Shown here: positions 28,349 to 38,305 of the stretch, piece after piece
Layout: each line of letters begins with the position of its first letter
Numbering within the stretch: position 1 is the stretch's first letter
NCBI GenBank assembly: GCA_963668695.2
Contig: CAXXLQ010000004.1
Coordinates: 832,001 to 896,000, forward strand
Origin: Vicinamibacteria bacterium
GTDB taxonomy: Bacteria > Acidobacteriota > Vicinamibacteria > Marinacidobacterales > Marinacidobacteraceae
Length of the DNA: 64,000 nucleotides
Reading direction: 5' to 3'
The notes under the pieces: model-generated
What the model was told of the DNA's origin: nothing
What the model saw: the letters and a program-made list of their open reading frames with translations, nothing else
The model's database searches: none
Position numbers and translations under genes: made by a program

Positions 28349-29155
28349 ATGCGGGACGGCGCGGCCTCCCGGGTGGTCTACCTGGCGTTTTGCGTCTTCG
28401 TCTTCGTCTTCCTGGTCGCCCCGATCCTGGTGATCATTCCGCTCAGCTTCAACGCCGAGCCCTATTTCACCTTCACGGAGGGCATGCTCCGGCTGGACCC
28501 CGACGCCTGGTCCCTCCGCTGGTACGAGGCTCTGGTGGAAGACGCCCGCTGGAGCCGGGCGCTCGCCAACAGCCTGGGGATCGGGTTCGCCGCCGCCCTG
28601 CTGGCGACGGTGCTGGGAACCGTCGCGGCGCTCGGGCTCTCGAGCCCGGCGATGCCCGCGCGCCGCCTCGTGACCGGGATCCTGATCTCGCCGATGGTGA
28701 TCCCGGTAATCATCGCGGCGGCGGGGATGTTCTTCTTCTACTCGGACCTCCGCCTCACCCAGTCGCACCTGGGGCTGATCCTCGCCCACGCGGCGCTCGG
28801 CACCCCGTTCGTGGTGATCACGGTGACCGCGACACTTTCCGGATTCGACCGCAACCTGGTCCGCGCCTCCCAGAGCCTCGGTGCGGGCCCCCTCACCACC
28901 TTTCGCCGGGTGCAGTTGCCGCTGATCGCGCCGGGGGTCCTTTCGGGGGCCCTCTTCGCCTTCGCCGCCTCGTTCGACGAGGTGGTCGTGGTGCTTTTCA
29001 TGGGCGGGCTGAACCAGCGGACCATTCCCCGCCAGATGTGGTCGGGGATCCGCGAGGAGATCAGCCCCACCATCCTGGCGGCGGCGACCTTCCTGATCGC
29101 GTTCGCGCTGCTCTTCCTGTTCGCGGTGGAGCGGCTCCGCAGCCGGACTCGCTAG
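28349..29155 (+). CDS. PotC-like ABC permease
   Basis: SLRWY, ISPMVIPVII, ASQSLGA, FAASFDEVVV. Confidence 0.9.
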   Translation: MRDGAASRVVYLAFCVFVFVFLVAPILVIIPLSFNAEPYFTFTEGMLRLDPDAWSLRWYEALVEDARWSRALANSLGIGFAAALLATVLGTVAALGLSSPAMPARRLVTGILISPMVIPVIIAAAGMFFFYSDLRLTQSHLGLILAHAALGTPFVVITVTATLSGFDRNLVRASQSLGAGPLTTFRRVQLPLIAPGVLSGALFAFAASFDEVVVVLFMGGLNQRTIPRQMWSGIREEISPTILAAATFLIAFALLFLFAVERLRSRTR

Positions 29156-29243
29156 GAGCGCCGGCCTTCAGGCCGGCATCGCGGCCCACCGGCTAGGAAC
29201 GCTGGCCAGTTCTCCCGGTGGGGGCCTTCAGGCCGGCATCGCT
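29155..29243. repeat. Two tandem REP palindromes, one empty and one with the 19-nt insert
   Basis: ggagcgccgg|ccttcaggccggcatcgc next to ggaacgctgg[ccagttctcccggtggggg]ccttcaggccggcatcgc. Confidence 0.85.
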
Positions 29244-29367
29244 CCGCGAAGCGACACTCCCATAGCTGCTTACCCTGGATGGCACCGTCCGAAGGGGAAC
29301 GCCGGCCGCTGGCGTGCATCGCGAGGCAGCGCGAAACCGAGGCCGATGATGCTGCGCCCTGTCCAAG

Positions 29368-29757
29368 TTAGTGCGAGCGTCTCAGCTCGAAGCCCCGGGC
29401 GAGCACGTAGGCGATCAGCGCCACCACGAAGACCACCAGCAGCATCCAGGCGATCCCCTGGAGCGTCTCGATGACGGTCCGATAGACCTCGAGCGTCCAG
29501 CGCTCCGCGTTGAGAACCAGGATCTCGTCGTCCTTGCCGGGGGCCGAGATGTAGCGCTCCAGCTCGCGGATGCGAACGCCCGCCGAGATGCCGACCACGT
29601 ACGCCGCGAACTTGACGTAACGATGCCAGGCCCCGCTCAACTCCTCCGCCACGATCCGCTGCAGGATGGAGGCGATGGGACGGTCGAAGAGCCGCACCGC
29701 CCCGAAGGACACCGCCAGCGCGATGAGGAACGTGACGATCAGCAGCGTGAAGAACAT
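29368..29757 (-). CDS. Small membrane protein (3 TM)
   Basis: Hydrophobic segments; coding-like codon usage. Confidence 0.75.
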   Translation of the reverse strand: MFFTLLIVTFLIALAVSFGAVRLFDRPIASILQRIVAEELSGAWHRYVKFAAYVVGISAGVRIRELERYISAPGKDDEILVLNAERWTLEVYRTVIETLQGIAWMLLVVFVVALIAYVLARGFELRRSH

Positions 29758-29796
29758 GGCAACTCGAACCTGGCGACGCGGACTCGATTGGACCGC

Positions 29797-31053
29797 CTAA
29801 TCGCCGGGGTTGTGGATGCGGCCACCCTTCATGACCATCCGCACCCGCTGGAGGGCTCCGATATCGCTCGCCGGATCGCCGTCCACCACCACCAGATCGG
29901 CGGCGTAACCCTCGGCAACCGTCCCGATCTCATCCCCAAGTCCCAGCGACGCGGCAGCCATCGAGGTCAGCCCGACGACGGCCTGTCCCGGGTCCTGACC
30001 GCCCTGCTCGACCCGGGCGACCGCCTCGCGGGCGTTCTGCCCGTGGGCGCCGGCCACCGCGTCGGTCCCGAAGACGATCTTCAGTCCCTCGGTGGCGAGC
30101 GCCATGCCGAAGGTCTCCATCGCCCGCACCCGTCCGGACTCCATGGCGGTGAAGCCTTCCTCGGTGTAGTTCCCGATCCCCAGGTAGCGGTCCTTGTTCT
30201 CGAAGTAGTTGGCGAAGATGAGGTAGGTGTTCGGGTCGTAAAGGGTGCCGTTCGCGGCCATCAGGTCGAGCGTTTCCTGATCGAGCAGCGCGCCGTGCTC
30301 GATCGTGGTGCAGCCCGCCCGGGATGCCCGGCTCGCGCTCTCCGGCCCGTGGGCGTGGACGAGCGTCCTGAGTCCGCGCTCCGTGGCCGCCCCGCAGGCG
30401 GCGTCGAGTTCTTCCTGTGAAAGCGTGGGGCCGCCCCCCACCCGGATGCTCTCCGAGGCGAAGATCTTGATGGCGTCCGCCCCGGCGTCGGCCAGGCGGT
30501 GCACTTCGGCGGTCAGTTCCTCCGCGCCACCGGTGCGGGCGGAGAGCTGGCCGAGCGAGGTGACGATCCGGGGACCGGGGACCGTTCCGCGCGCCACCGC
30601 ATCGCGCACCGGACCATCCACCGCCGAACCGAGGCTCTGGACGGTGGTGAAGCCGGCCTCGAGCATCCGGATGCCGTTTTCCACCGCGTGCAGGGCGGCG
30701 GTCTCGGGCGCGGCGCCCCGGGCCAGCTTGCCGTCCTCGCCGAAGTGCCAGTCCAGGTGGACATGGGTGTCAATCAGGCCGGGGAGGATCGTGCCGCCGG
30801 GGAAGTCGAGGCGCTGGCCGGCGGGAAGGTCGGAAGCCGCGGCCACCGCGACGATCCGCCCGTCCCGGACCACCACCCCGTGGTTCTCGAGGACACCGCC
30901 GCGTCCGTCGAGCACCCGGTCCGCCGTGAGCACCACGGTCCCGTCGTCGTTCATCTCGGGACCCGCGCCACCACCCCCGCCGCAGGCCGCAAAGAGCACT
31001 GCCACAGCGGCCGTCAGGAAATAAGACGAACGAAAAAGGGAATGCCCATTCAT
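29797..31053 (-). CDS. Amidohydrolase lipoprotein, copy A
   Basis: LFAAC; PGLIDTHVH, GFTTVQ, IKIFAS, HAHG, IEHG, FGTDA, GYAADLVVVDGDP. Confidence 0.92.
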   Translation of the reverse strand: MNGHSLFRSSYFLTAAVAVLFAACGGGGGAGPEMNDDGTVVLTADRVLDGRGGVLENHGVVVRDGRIVAVAAASDLPAGQRLDFPGGTILPGLIDTHVHLDWHFGEDGKLARGAAPETAALHAVENGIRMLEAGFTTVQSLGSAVDGPVRDAVARGTVPGPRIVTSLGQLSARTGGAEELTAEVHRLADAGADAIKIFASESIRVGGGPTLSQEELDAACGAATERGLRTLVHAHGPESASRASRAGCTTIEHGALLDQETLDLMAANGTLYDPNTYLIFANYFENKDRYLGIGNYTEEGFTAMESGRVRAMETFGMALATEGLKIVFGTDAVAGAHGQNAREAVARVEQGGQDPGQAVVGLTSMAAASLGLGDEIGTVAEGYAADLVVVDGDPASDIGALQRVRMVMKGGRIHNPGD

Positions 31054-31171
31054 GAGCAAGAGTGTATGTTCGGGCCTTCCTCACTCCTGGAAGGAACCGG
31101 GATCCCAAGTCTCCCGCAGGGAATCGGTCACGAGAACGCTATCCGGTTCTAGCGGACGGTGTTCGAGCCAT

Positions 31172-32162
31172 CTATGCCGCCTGGTTGCGGATGCCGCTGC
31201 GGCGGCTCGCCCGGTTCAACCGCTGCGCGAAATAACGGACGAATACGCTGTTCTCTGGATAAGCGCCGGGATCAGCCCAGAACGCTCCGAGACGCCCTAC
31301 AAGCCCGCAGATCCAATCGGCGGCCTGCACGGTCTGCTAGCCAGCCTGTGGTGAAACCCAGGCGGCGTTCGAGCGGCGATGCATCCCGCCTGAACCGCCC
31401 CCCCACCGGGAGAACTGGCGCTTTGCGGCGCTCTGCGTTGCGTTTCGGTCGAAATACACCCGGGCCAGTTCTCCCGGTGGGGGCTCCTCCCTCACGCGCC
31501 TTGTCAGCCGGACCCCCACCGGGAGAACTGGGCCTCGCCCCCACCGGGAGAACTGGCCGCTCTCGGCGCTCACCCGGGTTCCACCACAGGCTGCTAGCGG
31601 TGGCTTTCCGCCTGGAGCGGGGGCTCGATGAGCTGACGGCGGGGCTCGTCTCCCCCATACATCCTTTGGGACGCCGCTGTGAGCAGGGCTGAACGCTGGT
31701 CATGCTCATCAAGAACGAGAAGAAAGTTGCGCGTAGGTTCACTTCCCTCGGTGCAGAATTCGTCCAGACGCTTGATCGCCTCGACGAAAACCGCGGTGTA
31801 GAGCGCGTTGGCGTTGTGTTGATCCGGTGAGTGGGTCTTCTTGGTCCCAACATAGAACACGAAACCGCCGATCGTGGTGATCTTGTTCAGGAAGCGGTTC
31901 GTGAACGTCCTGAGTTCGCGGTAGCGGCCTACGTTGGTCACCGTGTAGAGGCTCGAGCCCTTCTTTTCCCAAACTGCTGCATCTCGAATGACAGAAGTTC
32001 AGCCTTTCGCTTGAAGAACCACGTTCCAAACCCGCGCACTTCGCCTGCTGGCAGTACGAGGCCGGCGAGTCCAAACACCGGGCTGTCATTGTGTTTCGGG
32101 TCCGAGCGGCCCACGTAAGGACCGATATGCCCGAACTCATCCAGATACGCGAGATACGTCAC
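31172..32162 (-). pseudogene. DUF3800-family (RNase H-like) protein, frameshifted and split by a MITE
   Basis: YLAYLDEFG...PVFGLAG; frameshift at ~31975; VLDEH...IEPPLQAESHR [MITE] QTVQAADWICGLVGR...QAA*; the YxDE and QxAD motifs are typical of DUF3800. Confidence 0.85.
31338..31596 (-). mobile_element. MITE (subfamily II) with four 19-nt inserts, inside the DUF3800 gene
   Basis: CTAG on both sides (31337-31340 and 31594-31597); the gene continues across it. Confidence 0.93.
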
Positions 32163-32177
32163 GGCAGCTACCAAACG

Positions 32178-32243
32178 CACGAAAGCCCGCGCCGGAGCGC
32201 GGGCCTCGGAAGTAGGGCAAGCGGAGCTTGCGTCTAACCTCGG
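32178..32243 (-). ncRNA. Candidate DUF3800-associated structured RNA plus intrinsic terminator
   Basis: Minus strand: AGGTTAG-ac-GCAAGC-tcc-GCTTGC-c-CTACTT hairpin, then GCCCGCGC-tccg-GCGCGGGC-TTTCGT, directly upstream of the DUF3800 start. Confidence 0.55.
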
Positions 32244-32326
32244 ATGTTACGCCAACACTCGTGACTCGTGCGAGTGTCAACTCGAGAATCCGACGAACCT
32301 TACCGCCCAATAGGCGCCGACAGTCG

Positions 32327-33601
32327 CTATTCAGCGGCCCGCCGATGGTGGGTCCGGCCGGCCTTCATCACCAACCGCACGTTGCCCAGCGCCCTGACAT
32401 CCGCTGTCGGGTCACCGTCCACCACCACCAGATCGGCGGCGTAGCCCTCGGCGACCGTCCCGATCTCGTCCCCGAGCCCGAGCGATTCGGCCGCGAGCGA
32501 CGTGAGGCTGACGATCAGATCGCCGGGCGGCTGCCCGCCCTGCTCCACCCGCGCGACGGCTTCCCGGATGTTCTGGCCGTGGGCGCCGGCGACTGCATCC
32601 GTGCCGAAGACGACCCGCAGCCCCTCGGTGGCGAGCGCCTTCCCGAAGACCTCCATCCGCCCGGTCGAGTTCGACTCCATCAGCCGGAACCCCTCTTCGG
32701 TGTAGTTGCCGATGCCGAGGTAGCGGTCCTTGTTCTCGAGGTAGTTCGCGACGATCAGGTAGGTGTTCGGGTCGTAGAACAGCCGTTTCTCCGCAAGGAG
32801 GTCGAGCGTGGCCTGGTCGAGGAGCGAGCCGTGTTCGATCGTGGTGCACCCGGCTTCCGCCGCCCGGCTCGCGCTCACCGGGCCGTGTGCGTGAACCAGG
32901 GTCCTGAGGCCCCGTTCGTTCGCCGTTCCGCAGGCGGCGTCGAGCTGTTCCTGGGAAAGCGTCGGCCCCCCGCCGTCCCGGCTGCTCTCCGACGCGAAGA
33001 TCTTGATGGCGTCGGCGCCGGCGTCCGCCATGCGGTGCACCTCGGCGGTCATTTCTTCCGGCCCGCCGGTCCGCGCGTTCAGCGAACCCAGCGAAGTGAT
33101 GATCCGGGGACCGGGGACCACCCCGCGCGCTATCGCGTCACGGACGGGGCCGTCCACCGGGCTCCCGAGGCTCTGCACGGTGGTGAAGCCCGCCTCCAGC
33201 ATCCGGAGGCCGTTTTCGACGGCGTGAAGCGCCGTGACCTCCGGTGCGTCGTCGCGGGCCAGCCGGCCGTCGTCGCCGAAGTGCCAGCTCAGGTGGACGT
33301 GGGTGTCGATGAATCCCGGGAGGAGCGTGCCGCCGGGGAAATCGAGCCGCTCGCCGTCCATCGCCAGTTCGGCCATCGGCAAAACCGCCGCGATTCGGCC
33401 TTCGCGGACCACGACGCCATGGTTCTCGAGAACCCCGCCCCGGCCGTCAAGCACGCGGTCCGCGGTGAGGACCAGCATGTCGTCATGTGTCGGGTCCGGG
33501 TGCGTTTGCGGCTCCGATCCGCACCCCGCAAGCAGCCAGCCAACCAGCGCTGCCACGCCAATGAGCCACCGGCGGGAAGTCAGCAGCGTTGTCCGTGCCA
33601 T
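32327..33601 (-). CDS. Amidohydrolase lipoprotein, copy B
   Basis: LLAGC; same motifs as copy A and a close paralogue. Confidence 0.92.
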   Translation of the reverse strand: MARTTLLTSRRWLIGVAALVGWLLAGCGSEPQTHPDPTHDDMLVLTADRVLDGRGGVLENHGVVVREGRIAAVLPMAELAMDGERLDFPGGTLLPGFIDTHVHLSWHFGDDGRLARDDAPEVTALHAVENGLRMLEAGFTTVQSLGSPVDGPVRDAIARGVVPGPRIITSLGSLNARTGGPEEMTAEVHRMADAGADAIKIFASESSRDGGGPTLSQEQLDAACGTANERGLRTLVHAHGPVSASRAAEAGCTTIEHGSLLDQATLDLLAEKRLFYDPNTYLIVANYLENKDRYLGIGNYTEEGFRLMESNSTGRMEVFGKALATEGLRVVFGTDAVAGAHGQNIREAVARVEQGGQPPGDLIVSLTSLAAESLGLGDEIGTVAEGYAADLVVVDGDPTADVRALGNVRLVMKAGRTHHRRAAE

Positions 33602-33617
33602 TCCAAGTCTTCCTCGG

Positions 33618-33962
33618 TCAGTCATCGGTGTCTTCCTCGTCGATTTGGACATTGGATTTCGGATCCTCCGGCAAGAGCGGGGTTCGGGCCTTTTGTCTGT
33701 CTCGGTGATCGCGCCACTCCTTCAGCCATTCCCGGTGCTCCGCTTCCCCTTTCCACTCGATGGTGAGTTCGAGGTCCCAAGGCGCGCAGTTCCAGTCGAA
33801 GTAGAAGACGACCATGTCTTCGATCATATGTTCGATCGAATCCTTGGAGAACGAGGCGTCCGCGATGCAAGTCACCGTCTTGCCGGCGATGCGGTCACCC
33901 TTCGCGAGTTCGATCGTCCACTCGTCGGCATCGAACCGAGCGACAGCGTGATAACGAACCAT
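33618..33962 (-). CDS. Hypothetical acidic protein
   Basis: ATG after GGAGG; non-shadow composition; no family recognised. Confidence 0.6.
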   Translation of the reverse strand: MVRYHAVARFDADEWTIELAKGDRIAGKTVTCIADASFSKDSIEHMIEDMVVFYFDWNCAPWDLELTIEWKGEAEHREWLKEWRDHRDRQKARTPLLPEDPKSNVQIDEEDTDD

Positions 33963-34118
33963 GGAGCCTCCCGGGTGCACCGGTGAACGCCGGAAGCCGC
34001 TCAGGCAGCACCGAGTCGCCGGAATCGCACCAGGAGGGCACCATAAGCCGGCAACAGGTCAAATCCTGACGCCCCAGGCTGGCGGCGGGCCGCGCCGGTC
34101 CTCCGGCGCGGATGGGAA

Positions 34119-35714
34119 CTAACCCAGTTCGTTCGCGAGCCGGGAAGCCGTGCGGAGAGAGAGCGCCGAGAAGGTGAGGGTGCCGTTGTTGCAACCGGAG
34201 GAGACGATCGTCGGAGCGCCGGCGACCCAGAGGTTCTCGTGATCGTGGGCGCGTCCCCAACCGTCCACCACGCTGTCGTTCGGATCGTCCCCCATGCGGC
34301 AGCCGCCGCCGGGGTGGTCGTGGTCGGACGCAAACGAGATGTTCAGCATCTCGCCGCCGCCCGCCTGGAGAATCCGCCGGAAGCGCTCCTCGATCTTCTG
34401 CTCGGTATAGCCGCGCAGTTCCGCGGACACCGGATCGTCCACGAAATCGATCCGCGGGAGCGGATCTCCCCACGGGTTCTTGCGGTTGGATTCCAGGGTC
34501 AGGGCGCTTTCCCGCGCCGGGATCACGTCGTAGTAACCCCGCATCCGGAGTGAGCCGGTCTCGATGCGCCGCCGCCAGTCGTCGAGCGCGGCGGAACCGA
34601 GCAGGAGATTTCCGTCGTCGTCCCGAAGACGCGCCCGTTTGCCGACATCCGATTCCCAGATGCGGAGATCGTGGCGGATGTACTTGCCGTCGGGCTGGGC
34701 CTCGTCGTCCTGATGCTGGAACCGCTTGGAGATCAGGCTGTCCTGCCGGTAGACCCCGGGGTAGAGCCGCATGGGCACCGATACGAAGGCGTTCACCCAC
34801 CGGTGTCCAGTGATGAACCGTCCCACGGTTCCGGAGCGGTTTGCGATCCCGTCCGGGAAGCGTCCCCCGGCGCTCTGCAGCAGCAGATGCGACGACCAGG
34901 CGTAGCCGGCCGCGAGCACGAAATGCCGCGCCCGGATGGTGACCGGGTCGTCGGGATTGTCCCGGTGGAAGGCGTCGGCCTGCCCGATGGCGTCGGAATC
35001 GGCCCGGGGCACGAGCCGCCGCACCATGGTGCGGTCGTGGAGCGTGATCCGCCCGGCGTCAAGAAGACTCCGGAACGTGAAGTCCGGGCTGTACTTGGCG
35101 CCCGTGGGGCAGATCGAGCAGGTGTCGCAGCGAACGCATTCGCGCCGTCCCCGCCAGGGGCGCGAGTTCTTGGAAACCGGATTCCGCCAGTAGGGGATCC
35201 CCGACTTCTCCGCCCACTCCTTCGCGAGCGTCAGGTTGTAGGACGTCGGCAGCGGTTCCATCGGGTAACCACCGGACCGCGGGTCGTATTCCTCCGGCCC
35301 CTGCTCGCCGGCCACCCCGATCCGCTCTTCCGCCTCCTGGAAGAAGGGATCGAGATCCTCGTAGGAGATCGGCCAGTCGCGGCCGACGCCGAAGAGGCTC
35401 TTCACCCGGAAGTCCTCCGGCGAATACCGGGGAGTCGTGCCCCCCCAGTGCATCGCGAGGCCGCCCACCGACATGGATCGGGACTGGGCGTTGTTGCAGT
35501 CATGTCCGGGGATGTGGTCGCCGTGGTACGGGTTTTCCCCGTAGTCGAGGAAGCGGCGGCGGGTGTTGAACCGGTTCTCGAAATCGAAGATCCGGTTCCC
35601 TGCCTCGATCACCGCGATGCTGGCCGAGGTGTCCTCGGCGACGCGCTCCGCCACCATGGCGGCGCTGATTCCGCCACCGATGATGACGACATCGGCTTCG
35701 ATAAGCTGGGGCAT
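34119..35714 (-). CDS. GMC-family oxidoreductase flavoprotein
   Basis: IIGGGISA, VGGLAMHWGG, WPISYEDL, CVRCDTCSICPTGAK, HPGGGCRMG, NGTLT. Confidence 0.93.
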   Translation of the reverse strand: MPQLIEADVVIIGGGISAAMVAERVAEDTSASIAVIEAGNRIFDFENRFNTRRRFLDYGENPYHGDHIPGHDCNNAQSRSMSVGGLAMHWGGTTPRYSPEDFRVKSLFGVGRDWPISYEDLDPFFQEAEERIGVAGEQGPEEYDPRSGGYPMEPLPTSYNLTLAKEWAEKSGIPYWRNPVSKNSRPWRGRRECVRCDTCSICPTGAKYSPDFTFRSLLDAGRITLHDRTMVRRLVPRADSDAIGQADAFHRDNPDDPVTIRARHFVLAAGYAWSSHLLLQSAGGRFPDGIANRSGTVGRFITGHRWVNAFVSVPMRLYPGVYRQDSLISKRFQHQDDEAQPDGKYIRHDLRIWESDVGKRARLRDDDGNLLLGSAALDDWRRRIETGSLRMRGYYDVIPARESALTLESNRKNPWGDPLPRIDFVDDPVSAELRGYTEQKIEERFRRILQAGGGEMLNISFASDHDHPGGGCRMGDDPNDSVVDGWGRAHDHENLWVAGAPTIVSSGCNNGTLTFSALSLRTASRLANELG

Positions 35715-35716
35715 GA

Positions 35717-36358
35717 TCAGGCTTGTGTGGTGGCGAGGGGCGCCGGCATGTCCGCGCCGGAAACGAGGTCGCGGCAGGCGGCGGCGTTGATGCGGGCGCC
35801 ATAGGCCAGATCGGCGGCCTTCGGCCGCGAATAGAAGCGGGCAAGCAGCCCCACGGCGACGTGACCGGCGTACGCCGGCCGCGGGAAGTCCCCCTCGGCA
35901 TCGTGACGCTCGAGATCGGCGGCAACCAGCTTGCGGCGCGTCTCGAGCGAAAGCTCGGAAAGGGTCGCGCCGTATTGCTTCGTCGCCAGCAGATCGAGCG
36001 CCTGGAGTTGCGCCGCCCAGCGGGGCGCCGGGTGCGGCGGCCCGTACCGCACCTCGACGGACGACAGGTAGGGATGCGGCAACTCGGCCACCGGTTCGAA
36101 GCCATTGATCCAGGTGACGAAGTCGCGAAGCGCATCCCGGACGCCGTCCGGTCCGATCTCTTCCGGCAGCACGGCCTCGGCGAAGGCCTGGAGCAAAGGG
36201 AGATCCAGGGAAAGGAACTGGGATTCCTGCGCCACCGCCGTCGCGGCGCCGGCGGGCGCCGCAACCGCGGCAATGACAGCCCCGGAACTCTTCAGGAACG
36301 TGCGACGGCTGCTCGATCGCTCACCGCCGGCTCTTCCCGTGGGGGTGCGAGCACTCAT
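35717..36358 (-). CDS. Tat-exported small subunit (gluconate 2-dehydrogenase subunit 3-like)
   Basis: SRRTFLK Tat motif; directly upstream of the GMC gene. Confidence 0.7.
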   Translation of the reverse strand: MSARTPTGRAGGERSSSRRTFLKSSGAVIAAVAAPAGAATAVAQESQFLSLDLPLLQAFAEAVLPEEIGPDGVRDALRDFVTWINGFEPVAELPHPYLSSVEVRYGPPHPAPRWAAQLQALDLLATKQYGATLSELSLETRRKLVAADLERHDAEGDFPRPAYAGHVAVGLLARFYSRPKAADLAYGARINAAACRDLVSGADMPAPLATTQA

Positions 36359-36434
36359 GAAATCGATTCTACCGGGGTGCCGAATTGTCCCCCCCGGTGA
36401 CGAACGATTCGGCAGGTCCTGAGGAATCCGACGG

Positions 36435-36454
36435 TATAATGACTACATTGGTCA
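36435..36454 (+). promoter_or_regulatory. -10 box and operator of the phd-vapC module
   Basis: TATAAT followed by the TGAC-tacattg-GTCA inverted repeat, then GGAGG. Confidence 0.6.
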
Positions 36455-36468
36455 CATCGGAGGATGCA

Positions 36469-36711
36469 ATGCAGGAGATTCGGCTACGCGACGCCAAAGC
36501 CAAACTGTCGGCGCTGATCGAAGGGGCGGTCCAGGGACAGACGGCGATCATTACCCGCCACGGGAAACCGAGCGCTGTCCTTCTCGGGGTCCAGGAATGG
36601 AACCGGCTCCGTCAGGTCCCTTCGTTGGGCCGCATCCTTCTTTCAGCGCCTCTGGAGGAGGGCGACATCCCGCCGCGTGACCCGACTCCGTCGCGGGATG
36701 TTTCCTTCTAG
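36469..36711 (+). CDS. Phd/YefM antitoxin
   Basis: LRDAKAKLSALI...IITRHGKPSAVL. Confidence 0.92.
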   Translation: MQEIRLRDAKAKLSALIEGAVQGQTAIITRHGKPSAVLLGVQEWNRLRQVPSLGRILLSAPLEEGDIPPRDPTPSRDVSF

Positions 36712-36720
36712 GGAGACCGC

Positions 36721-37155
36721 GTGTACCTGGTGGATACCGATGTCGTGTCGTCAGGAGCCCCCGCCGCCGGGCGGCGGCCTCCGGAATTCGCGGAGTGGAT
36801 GGAGGCGCATTCCGCTGAACTCTTCCTCTCGGCGGTGACTGTGGCCGAAATCGCTTCCGGGATCGCCAAGGTCGCGCGAACCGGGCGGACGGGGCGCGCC
36901 AATGATCTGAAGGCCTGGCTTGAACTCGTCCTCCATCTCTATGGCGACCGGGTGATGCCGTTCGATGTCGCCGCCGCCCAGGTCGCCGGGGCACTGCTGG
37001 ATCGAGCGCGCTCCGTCGGCCACACACCCGGGTTCGCCGATGTCGCCATTGCGGCAACGGCTGAGAGTCGCGGCCTGACGGTTTTGACGCGCAACCTCAG
37101 ACACTTCACGCCGCTCGGGGTCACCGCGGTGAATCCCTTCGAGAACCTGCCCTGA
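36721..37155 (+). CDS. vapC: VapC PIN-domain toxin
   Basis: YLVDTDVVS, SAVTVAEI, FADVAIAATA, TRNLRHF, NPF. Confidence 0.92.
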   Translation: MYLVDTDVVSSGAPAAGRRPPEFAEWMEAHSAELFLSAVTVAEIASGIAKVARTGRTGRANDLKAWLELVLHLYGDRVMPFDVAAAQVAGALLDRARSVGHTPGFADVAIAATAESRGLTVLTRNLRHFTPLGVTAVNPFENLP

Positions 37156-38132
37156 TGACTCCTGCCCTGATGACTCCCGCCTCGCGGAACCATCCACGGA
37201 GATCGGTGGGATCGTGGATCGCCGGCGTGGGGTTGCTCGCCGCAACAGCGGCCGGCGCCCAGCCACCCCGGCTCGACCCGCAGTTGGAGGAGGTTCTCAA
37301 CGCGGTCCGAGACGGCGAGTTCGAGACCGTGACCGCCGCGATCGAGGGCGGCATGGCGGTGGACGCCAAGGCGCCGAACGAGATGACCGCCCTCCACGTG
37401 GCGGCGGTGCTCGGCAGGGAGCGGTTCGTGGCCTTCCTCATCGAGCAGGGGGCCGATGTGAACGATCCGGCGCAAAACGGCATCACCCCGCTCAACCGGG
37501 CCGCGATGGGCGGCCATCTCGGAACGATGGAACTGCTGTTGGAGGCCGGCGCCGACGTGAACGCGGCGGCCCGCTGGGGAGCGACTCCGCTCCTGAGCGC
37601 GGTGGACCGGGGGCAGGCGGAGGCGGTGCGTTTGCTGCTGGCCGCGGGCGCCGATCCGACGGTGACGGCGACCAACGGGGAAACGGCCCTCAGCCTGGCG
37701 CAGAAGAAGGAGCACCGCGACATCCTGGCCCTTCTCTCGGAAGATCCGGAAACGGTCCAGGCGGCGCGCGCGGCGGAGGACGATCGGCGCGCCTCCCGGG
37801 CGGAGACCCACCACCGGACGGGGGTGGCGTTCGACGACGCCGGCGACGTCAAGCGCGCGATCGATTCCTACCGGCTCGCGCTCGAACAGGACCCGGACGA
37901 TCCCCTGATCCGCTACCGCCTGGGACGGGCGCTCCACCGCTTCGGCGAACGGGAAGCGCTCGTCCACCTGATCGAAGCGGTCCGCAGTTGGGCGGCGATG
38001 ATCGAAGCGGGGGAGGAACTCGCGCCCATCGTGCGGCCAGCGCTCGAGGACGCCTGCGGGGTGCTTGAGGAAACCGGACGCACGGAAGACGCCGCGCACT
38101 GCGAAGCGACGCTCGCCCAATCCCGCCGCTGA
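37155..38132 (+). CDS. Secreted ankyrin-repeat protein with C-terminal TPR
   Basis: TALHVAA, GITPLNRAA, GATPLLSAV, GETALSLA with GADVN linkers; TPR-like AIDSYRLALEQDPDD; signal-like N-terminus. Confidence 0.9.
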   Translation: MTPALMTPASRNHPRRSVGSWIAGVGLLAATAAGAQPPRLDPQLEEVLNAVRDGEFETVTAAIEGGMAVDAKAPNEMTALHVAAVLGRERFVAFLIEQGADVNDPAQNGITPLNRAAMGGHLGTMELLLEAGADVNAAARWGATPLLSAVDRGQAEAVRLLLAAGADPTVTATNGETALSLAQKKEHRDILALLSEDPETVQAARAAEDDRRASRAETHHRTGVAFDDAGDVKRAIDSYRLALEQDPDDPLIRYRLGRALHRFGEREALVHLIEAVRSWAAMIEAGEELAPIVRPALEDACGVLEETGRTEDAAHCEATLAQSRR

Positions 38133-38305
38133 TCCTGTTGGAGCAGAGCGGGGAAGGGACCGCCGACGTCCATGTCGGCATCGCCGCACCACCGGGTGGC
38201 GAAATGGGCACTGGCGACCCTCGTAAAGCGCGTGGGCCGGGTGACGCCCTTCGGCGGGGTTGGGGTCAGACGGTCGCTTGCTCCTGCCGTCGCCAGGATG
38301 GCTGC

